From: Prorocentrum cordatum
Lineage: Eukaryota
NCBI GenBank assembly: GCA_963575745.1
Contig: CAUYUJ010000166.1
Coordinates: 62,001-117,311, forward strand
Length of the DNA: 55,311 bases
Reading direction: 5' to 3'
Part shown: in pieces, positions 46,569-55,311 of the stretch
Layout: each line of letters starts with the position of its first letter
Position numbering within the stretch: the first letter of the stretch is position 1
Made by a program: the position numbers and the translations under genes
Notes under the pieces: generated by a model
What the model saw: only the letters and a program-made list of their open reading frames with translations
Database searches by the model: none
What the model was told of the DNA's origin: nothing

Positions 46569-49302
46569 GGAAACAAAAACCAACAACAGGAGGGATGGAG
46601 AGGGAGGGATGGAGACAGAAAGAGAGAGAGAGGTGGACAGGAAAAGGATGGGGGACGGGGAGGAGGAAAGGGAGAGGGATAAGGAGAATGAGGGAAGGAG
46701 GTATAGGGATGGAAGGAGGGACGGGGGAGACAGTGTGTGAGAGAGAGGGGGAGCGAGACAACGAGAGATATACAAACGATGGTATCTCTGATGGGGGATC
46801 GAGCATGTTAAACAGTAGCGAGCGACCTAAGTTGGTGTTCAGCTACAGCGCTGAACACCAACTAAACACACAACAACAACAACAACCATCATTGCAAAGT
46901 CATCGCAAACTCATTGCAAAATCATTGCACAATCATTGCAACACTCGCCCAACATGCAGCATGACAAACTGTGTGACATTGTGATGTCACCGTCCCGCCC
47001 TAAGCCCAAGGCTGCTCGCCCCCTTCGTGCAGCTGCAGCGCGCCCTGGTGATGATCGTGCAGCTGCAGCGCCCCCTGGTGATGATCGCGCAGCTGCAGCG
47101 CCCCGTGGTGATGATCGCGCAGGGCCTCATGGTGATGATCGCGCGCCCCGTGGTGATGATCGTGCAGAGCCTCCCGGTGATGATCGCGCGTTTTTTGGTG
47201 ATGATCGTGCAGAGCCTCCTGGTGATGATCGTGCAGAGCCTTTTGGTGATGATCGTGCGCCCCCTGGTGATGATAATGCAGCAGAGCCAGCGCCCCCTGG
47301 TGATGATCGTGAAGCAGCGCCCCCTGGTGATGATCATGACGCAGCGCCCCCTGGCGATGATCGCGTAGCAGCTCGGGGAGAGATGTGCACGTACGGCTGG
47401 GGCGAGATCGCGAAGCAGGCGTGGCGCTCGCTCGACGGACAGTCGGCAGTGCAAGCATGAGTATGAGAAGGCGAGGATGAGGATGATGATGACGGGACGT
47501 GGGGATTGATGAGGGGGAGGGGGCTTGGCGAGAGATCGAGAATGAGGATACGCACGAGGAAGAGTATGAGGCGGGTGATGATGAGGTGGAAGAGGTGGAT
47601 GATGGGGGACAGGAGGCGGATCAGGAGAGAAGGAGAAGACGTGGGCTGAGGAGCACGAGGATAATTTTTGTTCGCTCGGATTCACAGGAGGGTACAAGGA
47701 GTGCGCCACGACGTGGGTCACGAGCGCCTCGGGCTTGCCCGACGAGGAGGCGCTCGCCTGGTGGCCCGACGGTGACGCCATGCCCGTGGGAGGCTGGCGG
47801 AACAAGGACACGTCCGAGCTCAATGCCGAGCTCGAGGCGAAGGACAATGCCGATGCCGCCAAGGCCAAATCCAAGGCCAAGGCAAAAGCCAAGGCCCTGC
47901 TCAAACGGCCCGCCGCGGCGGTGCCCGCGGCGGCGGAGGGGGGGCTGACGCCCCCGCCGACCAAGAAGGGGAAGCCTAGCCCCTCGCTCAAGAGGCCGCG
48001 GGCCAGGACATAAATTGTCCCCGCCCCAGGAGTTGCCCCGAATAATGCCGCGCTAACATCGCCAGGCGTGTTCCCGTGTAAGCCCCCCAATGAACTCGCG
48101 AGTGGAAGCCCCGTGCAAGCCCCCCAGTGTTCCCGTGTAAGCCCCCCCCGTGGAAGCCAACGTGTAACAGACATTGGCCATCTAAATGCATCGAGACCCT
48201 GGATTGCTATCCGAACGATTGATCGTCAACCACGCAAGGGGGGGTGGGCACCGATCTTGCTTGCACTGGCCGAGCCCGATGAAGGTGGTCCGAGAGCGCC
48301 ACGACGACCGTGAAGAACGACTGCCGCAAGAAAGACGGCACGCGGAAGAGGACGCGTTGCCTTGTTTCTCAGACAGGTGGTGACAGCGAGACGGAAGCGT
48401 AGGATGAGGACGTGGAGGAAAGGGACGAGGATGACCACGTGGGTGAGGAGGACGATGGCGAGAGGGGAGCACACGATGAGGACGGGGGGGGCGATGCCCG
48501 TATCAAGCGAGACGACGAGGCGGACGAGCGCGAGGAGGACGGGACAGGGACTGGCGATGGCAAGGAGGTCGAGAACGGGCGGCTAATGAGGGATGACGAG
48601 GGGAGGGCATGGAGATACAGACGCAGGGCGAAGATGGGGAGGTAGAGGGATGGCGAGGCGGGGCGATGATGCTGGCGAGACTGCCCTTAAATCAGCAGCC
48701 GCAGGATCGCTGTGATCAACGACCACGGCAAGCAGATCTGCCAACTGACAGTGGACGACACGGAGGGGCTGGGCACGTTCGCGGGATAGGGAGAGGCACG
48801 CACACATCTATACAAACATATATAGGTATGCCCATGAGGAAAGAAAGGGATGCGGAGAGGGACAGGGAGGGCGACATAGAGAGAAGGGGGGACACATATG
48901 GAGATACAGAGGGACGGATCTTTTGGGTACATGCATATGAGGAGATAGTGTGAGGTATAGAAGAGATACATATACATGTATATCTACATCTACTTATATT
49001 CAAATATGGGGGAGATAAGCATCGATAACACGACTCATAAAGGCGTGAAGGCAGGATTCAAGCGTATGCTTCTACCAATACATATAAACATATATGCATA
49101 CACACGCATATATGTAAACCTATTTATATGTATATGTAGGTGTACGCGCATCGGCGGAGAGTGAGAGAGGGTGACCACGAGAGGGCGATGTAGAGAGCGA
49201 GATAGAGAGAGGGAGAGAGAGCGAGAGGGATGACGAGCGGGTGAGCGAGAGAGAGAGAGAGAGAGAGAGAGAAAACGAGAACTATAGAGGGAGAGAGAGG
49301 GC

Positions 49303-49341
<39 letters not shown>

Positions 49342-49639
49342 CGGGAGACATGGCGGTCTGGATAGAGAGCGGGCCAGGCGTATGCAGGCGTGGCTTGACG
49401 ACGCGCAGAGATCGAGAGATAGAGATAGAGATAGAGAGTGTACGAGCGTTGGGAGAGCGACGCATGCTTGAAGAAATGGGCGCATGCTCTGTCGCGGCTC
49501 TAGCATTGCTTCGCTGACAGGAGGGCGCATCGTCCATCTCATGTGTTCAATGCTTCTACTCTGAGTTGGCAGTGCACGTTCGCTTACCCTTGCTGTGTTC
49601 TAGCTTCGCCAGAGCGGTGGCTAATGCTGCCACGTGTGT

Positions 49640-49670
<31 letters not shown>

Positions 49671-50110
49671 GTATTTGGATGTGCATGTGTGTGTATAAAA
49701 TAAAAACGGGCATGGCAGATCGACGAGCCCAACGCTCTGGGGATCATGGAGGAGATCGCGCAGGCCTGCGTCGCCGGGGAGGTGTCGAAGGACTGGCGCC
49801 GCAGCTTGCAGGAGGAATAGGAAGAACAGGATGGTGATGATGTTGATGCTGATGTTGATGATGATGATGCTGTTGATGATGATGCTGATGCTGATGCTGT
49901 TGATGATGATGATGCTGCTGATGACGATGATGATGATGGCACTGATGATGAGGATTAGGAGGAGGGGAAGGTGGAGGAGGATACGAGCAGCAGGACGTGG
50001 GCGCAACATGCATGGGGGGGGGCGGGTCGAGGAGGGCGGCGCGCAGGAGGAGGCGGAGGGGGAAGATGATGAGGAGGTGGATGGTGTTGAGGATGAATTG
50101 CACTGGGGGT
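44538..50110 (+). CDS. One or more multi-exon hypothetical genes with microsatellite-filled introns
   Basis: Coding-like exons at ~44538, 44830-44993, 45181-45345, 45929-46278, 46984-47437, 47688-48010, 48195-48284 and 49719-49810; LKRPAAA motifs. Exact gene boundaries are unresolved. Confidence 0.5.
47041..47366 (+). repeat. In-frame coding minisatellite, 13 x (P/R/F/H)GDD(R)A
   Basis: GGTGATGATCG core; unit lengths 21-33 bp, all multiples of 3. Confidence 0.85.
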
Positions 50111-50578
50111 AAGAGATATGTGAGACAACAACACATGCAAGCGGAAACAGCCGCGGGTGATGGGCCGTGTTGAACATGGAGAATCCTGCGGAAAAAAAAA
50201 ACGAAGGGAGGCGGAAACACGCATGGAGACTCGACCTCATGGCACAGAGTGGCCAGACCATGGGAGTAGGAGGCGTGAGGAGAGAGGAGAAATACGTTTC
50301 CCATCTTCGTCCAATCACCTCCTGTCCTATTCCTCCTGTCACCTCCTGTCCTCTTCCATCCACCGCAAGCGCATAACAACAGCATGGCACGCAAATCACT
50401 ACGCGCCATCGCAGCATCATCACACCATCATCGCATCGACAAATCACCTGCAACAACAGCATGCGCCAGTCATCCGCTACAACATGTTGTTTGCAGCGCG
50501 AGTTTTGCCTCGAGCGATCTTCTCAGGTGAAGGCATCGGTCAGGAGCGTCCCACCTGTCTCGGGACTCGAGGGCGGTC

Positions 50579-53500
50579 ATGGCGCAGCCTGGGCAGCCCG
50601 CGGAGCCTGGTCGCGTGATCAGTCGTGCCCAGCCCCTCCTCCCGAACGAGACCGAGCCCGAGGAGTACCATCGCTTTAGAGGTATCTGCGGGGTCAGCTG
50701 GTCGTTTCCCGAGGGCAGCGGTAGCCTCTTGCGATCTCGATTTCTGGTTACGATTCCGATGACCGATTCCGACTTCTAGATTTCCGATGTCCGTATTCTA
50801 GCAGGCACTGGGCGCCGCCTGCACGAGCCGCAGCAGCATTTCCAGGGCTCCGCCTTCAGGATCGGCACCACGGGGAGTTCGCAGGTGAGCGATGACGATG
50901 ATGATGAGGACGATGGTGGTGATGATGATGATGATGATGGTGATGGTGGTGCTGATGATGATGATGGCGACGATGCTGAAACTGATGCTGAGCATGATGA
51001 TGATGGTGACGATGCTGATGCTGTTGATGATTATGATGCTGCTGATGATGGTGATGCTGATGACGATGATGTTTATTGTGGTGATGCTGTCGCTGATGAT
51101 GTTGATGGTGCTGTTGATGTTGATATTTTTGTTGGGGATGGTGATGCTGATGATGTTGGTGCTGACGATGAAGATGAGGATGAATATGAAGATGATGATG
51201 ATGATGAGGATGATGCTGGTGATGATGATGATGATGATGATGATGGTGGCCGTGGTGGTGATGAAGGCGATGCCGATGGGAGGAGGAGGGGAAGGATGAT
51301 GAGACGAGACGGAATAGGAGGAGGGTAGGAGTGAGAAGAGAACATACATGTGTAGGAGGCAAGTCGGAACACGGAATCGCACCCCAGGTGGCTGGCGCAG
51401 CCCCAGTCGTGGAGATCGAGAGCGACAGCGATGAGAAGCAGCCTGAGACGGTGTGTGAGCCCGACGCCGCGGGCGCCACGATGTGGGATACGCATGCGGG
51501 CTTTGAGACGCAGGTCTGCGCTGAGGCGCCGACGATGGCGTTGTCCGCGGCTGCGTCGGCGCCATTGGCGACTGCGGGCGGCGCCATGGACGGCCCCGTG
51601 GACGGCAACGCCAGTTCGCAGCCGCGCGAGTCCCAGCCTCGACAGACAGGGCATTGGACCGATGCATCTGACTCGTTGGTGCACGCGGCTGATGCGGGGG
51701 CGGGTGGGGAGATGCCGATGGACGTGGACTCAGAGGGGCCCGTGCAGGCGGAGGTCGGAAGCAGCGAGCCTGTTGGCGGCGCGGAGGTGCAGGTCGACCG
51801 CGCACAGCCTCGGGGCGAGCTCGACAGCGCCCCAGCACCGCCAGCAGCTGCGGCACCCCCTGCCGCAAGCGCAGCAGCAGCAGCAGCCCCAGCAGCAGCC
51901 CCAGCAGCAGCCCCAGCAGCCCCAGCAGCAGCAGCAGCCCAAGCAGGTTCACACCCGTCGGATTGGCATTCGGGTTCGCGGCAGCCCGACGAGACGCCCC
52001 AGGACACTCCACCAGCGGGGGCCCCTGCGGGGTTGCATGTCCCAAGGGCTCCGCAGACTCTACTGCAGCACTTCGGGTCTGGGGCGTCTTCGAGTGGCCT
52101 GCCGTTCACGCCTTCGCCAGTATCCAGGCCGACCCAGCCCTCCGTCGGCGATCAGGCCGCAGCGCTGAACCTCGGCATGTCCTTCGACTGCATTGGCCGT
52201 GCTGCTCGGGGCATTTGGGGCGGTGAACGCTCAGACGCTGGCGATCGATTCGATAATGATGCGGTGCCCGCGAACGCCTTGATGCGTGTAAGAGTGCGCT
52301 GGGAGACCTGCGTGCCCTTCTCATGTGTCGTGGTCAGATTCGCAGACCCCGTCATCGCGATCGGCGTTGTCATCGCCGCGTCTTGGGCGTGGATTGCCCC
52401 AGAGGAGGGGGCAGCAGCGCAGGTGAACGCAGCCGAGGCCGAGGTGCGCAGGGTCATCGGAGAGGTCATGGGTCAGAGTTGCCCACGGCTCCAGCAGGCT
52501 CCGACGGCTCGGGAGAGACCCAGGACACGTACGGGGGGCTGGAGCAGACCACCTACTTCGCGCTGCAGGCGTGCGTCAAGCAGGATGAGGCGTTCGACCT
52601 CAGGGGCATGCTCGGCCAGCAGTTCAATCGCTGGAAGAAGGGGGGGGCACCTAAATAATCGTTATCATCTCCACCATCAACATCAGAATTGTGACCGCCA
52701 TCGCCATCACCAACGTAGCCACGGAGGGAGGGAGGGAGGGAAGGCAGGAGGGGCGGGGGAGGGATGGGAAGGAGGGAGAGACGAGGCTGGAGGGAAGGAG
52801 GGAGGAGGGATATAAGGAATGTGTTTCTTTGTGTTCTCCCGTCTCTGGCCCTGACAAGTGCCGACTGAAACCGCCAAACAACATCCGCGTCGCACTTCCC
52901 CCCAAATCCCGCGCCGGCGAACAAGGCGGAGGGGGGCAAGTGCACCGACCTCCCGACGCGGCAGTCGAAGGCGGAGTTCAGGCTCAAGTGGGCGCAGGAC
53001 AGGTTCGAGGCAGCCGAGCAGTCAAGGAAGAGGTCCACGCAGTACAGCGAGGAGAACACTGTGGAGGGTCGGTTCCTGTCGTTCGACCGCATCGTGACAG
53101 AGGAGGGCGGCGCGCAGAACCCAGCCAACATCATGGCCGTGGGGGGCTGTCGGAGGAAAATGGAGAAGGACGGCGAGGCGGGGGGTGGGGGGCAGATCGG
53201 GAGGAGGAGGATGAGGAGAAGGCAGGAACGATGAGGGCGAGGAAGGTGACGAGGAGGGGTGTCAGACGGCCAGCGAGAGGAAACTGAAGAGGGAGGAAGA
53301 GGAGGAGCACGAACATGATGATGCAGATGATGCTGCTGCTACTGATGATGATGCGGATGCTGATTAAGCTGATGATGAAACACTGATGATGCAGATGCTG
53401 AAAAAGATGATAATGATGCTGATAATGCTGATGATGATGATGACGATGATGGCAATGATGATGATGATGAGGATGCTGATGATGCTGCTGCTGGTGATGA

Positions 53501-54521
53501 TGATGACGATGAGGAGGAGGAGGAGGAGGAGGACGAGGATGAGCGGGGGAAGTCGCAGGCAGCAATGATCTACTGCGCCAGGGCCCATCGCATGCCAGGC
53601 TTCGTCCGCAAGTGCGAGATGACCGACCGCATCAAGTGGAAATGCATCGAGTTCTCCGAGAGGCAGAGCAATCGTCAGCTGTGGTCGATCGACCGCGTGG
53701 AGCACCAGTCCAAGGCCCCGACCGCTGCCGCAGTAATGCCCCCTCCGCCGCCTCCCAGGGCGACGCGCGGGCTCGAGGGCGCGGATGCCGAGCCCGAGGC
53801 CCCCCCTAAGGCGAAGGCCAAGACCTGCGCGGCTGTCGCGCCGAGCGCTCCGCCAGGCCCGCCACCGCCCAAGGCTGTCGCGGCCGAGCCTGCCTTGCCT
53901 CCGCAGCAGAAGGCGAGCGCGGCAGCCGCAGCAGCAGCAGCCGCAGCGGCAGCAGCAGCCGCAGCAGGTGCTACTACAACGAAGGCATCGACGGCAGCAG
54001 CTCCCGCTGTCGAGTCCGAGGTTGCCCCGACGGCGCCTGTCGCCCCGACGGCACCTGGCGCCGCGAAGGCGCCTGGCGTCGCGAGGGCGCCTGCCGTCGC
54101 GAAGGTGTCTGGTGCGAAGGCGCCTGGCGGGAAGGCGACTGGCGCGCCTGCGAAGGCGGTCACGCCCGAGCAGGCCTTCAAGAATACGTGCGCCAAGTTC
54201 ACGACGATATGCTTCAGCGCGGAGGCGTTGATTAAGACGATCGAGGACGACGGCGCTTGGGCATGGGCTAGGACTAAAGACGTGCTGGGCAAGCTCAAGG
54301 AGGCGCTGTCCGATGTCAAGGGCAACGTACCAGACCTGGTCATGCGCCACGTGGGCCAGGGTTGCAAGAGCGTGTCCACCATGTACGCGGCCGGGGAGTT
54401 GAACATGAGGCTGTGCGAGGCCACCAAGGCGTTCGAGCCTCTCTTGGACAAGCCGACGTCCAAGCTCACTAAAGCCGCGAAGATGCACGAGCAGAACCTC
54501 ATTGCCAACGACATTGAGTAG
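50579..54521 (+). CDS. Multi-exon hypothetical protein (Ala/Pro-rich linkers, globular segment GRFLSFDRIVTEEGG...AAMIYC, helical C-terminus)
   Basis: Phase-consistent exons 50579-50681, 50805-50884 and 51388-~52174, plus ~52403-52464, ~52525-52640, ~52940-53135 and ~53559-54521. SL-like TTTTGCCTCGAG lies 64 nt upstream of the ATG. Confidence 0.65.
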
Positions 54522-55254
54522 ATGTGTCACTGAGCTGCCAGAAGTATCGGCTGACATTCTGGACGGGAATGCAGATGAATGGAGTGATGATGAGGAGGGC
54601 GATGATGCTACAGCTGAGGAGGATGCATATGACGGCGAGGAGGATGCTGAGGATGACGATGGTGATGGTGAGCTTCAGGCGGCTTGTCATTTTCTTATCG
54701 TTCCTCGCACAACTTCCTCACCCATCCCGTCCGCTCATATTCTCCACTCAACTCGTCCTCCACAGATCTTGCATCCTCATCTCATCTCTTCTCCGCTCAA
54801 CTGTTCCCAGCTCGTCGGCCTTATTCCTCATAGACCTCCTCTGCGCTAAGCAAAGCGTGCCCCCGTGCGTCTCATGGTGCTGTGTAAGCAGGGGCGGCAG
54901 CTCCTAGGCCGCGCGCTACAGCGATATGTATATAGCTACCGAATGAGCGTCGCGCGCCATTATCGGCGTGCCGTGTGAGACTTCCCTGGCCGAGTCGCCA
55001 ACTCCAATCGTCCCCGCTGTTTCGCCGTGTTCGCGCCCCCGCCGCTGCTCCCTCTGCCCCCGCTCTCGTGACCCTGACTCGCTGCGGTGTGCGCAACCTT
55101 CGCTATCGCGGCCAATCGTGGCGATGGTTCGGAGAGCAGCGGCTTGCCGCGGTGTAGCTAGCTCGACCAACGCCCCCCCTCTCCCCAGCCCCAAACTGTG
55201 AGGACGAGAAAACCTTAATGGGTCTGATGACGGGGGCACGGCGGCATTATCCGA

Positions 55255-55274
55255 TGGTGTGGGTGGGTGGGGTG

Positions 55275-55311
<37 letters not shown>
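55255..55311. repeat. (GT)n microsatellite
   Basis: Terminal GT run. Confidence 0.95.

Noticed and set aside
47041..47366. CRISPR-like constant repeat with variable spacers
   Set aside because: The core is only ~11 bp and the spacers are short, related and in frame; it is a coding minisatellite.
22716..55218. Terminal inverted repeats pairing TTAA|GG at 22716 with TTAA at 29667, 36501 or 55215
   Set aside because: The reverse complements share at most 2 terminal bases; there is no convincing TIR.

Overview
Eukaryotic, repeat-rich, GC-rich genomic DNA, almost certainly from a dinoflagellate: there are relict dinoflagellate spliced-leader (DinoSL) 22-mers upstream of genes, introns with GT/GC/GA donors in a G|G...AG|G context, TTTAGGG/TTAGGG tracts and a DNMT-bearing copia-like retroelement. 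Most ORFs in the supplied track are artefacts of low-complexity repeats. Layout: (1) 1-9.1 kb is a patchwork of interstitial telomeric tracts separating two families of modular non-coding elements (A x3, B x2). Each family has conserved ends but exchangeable microsatellite cores, and family B has structurally conserved hairpins. (2) 9.1-14.8 kb holds satellites, including a palindromic 70-bp array whose later units carry loop insertions. (3) 14.8-20.1 kb is a decayed, intronless minus-strand ORF set between (CA)n tracts. (4) 22.7-36.5 kb is a gene cluster led by a spliced ~1,180-aa DDE/DxxH transposase-like gene plus several SL-relic-tagged hypothetical genes, possibly a large cargo-carrying DNA transposon whose termini I could not resolve. 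(5) ~37.3 kb is an isolated DNMT C-terminal remnant. (6) 40.1-44.2 kb is a degenerate Ty1/copia-like gag-protease-DNMT element cut off before integrase. (7) 44.2-54.5 kb holds multi-exon hypothetical genes with microsatellite-filled introns. No rRNA, tRNA or CRISPR array was found. All protein assignments are motif-level recognitions made by eye, not database hits.
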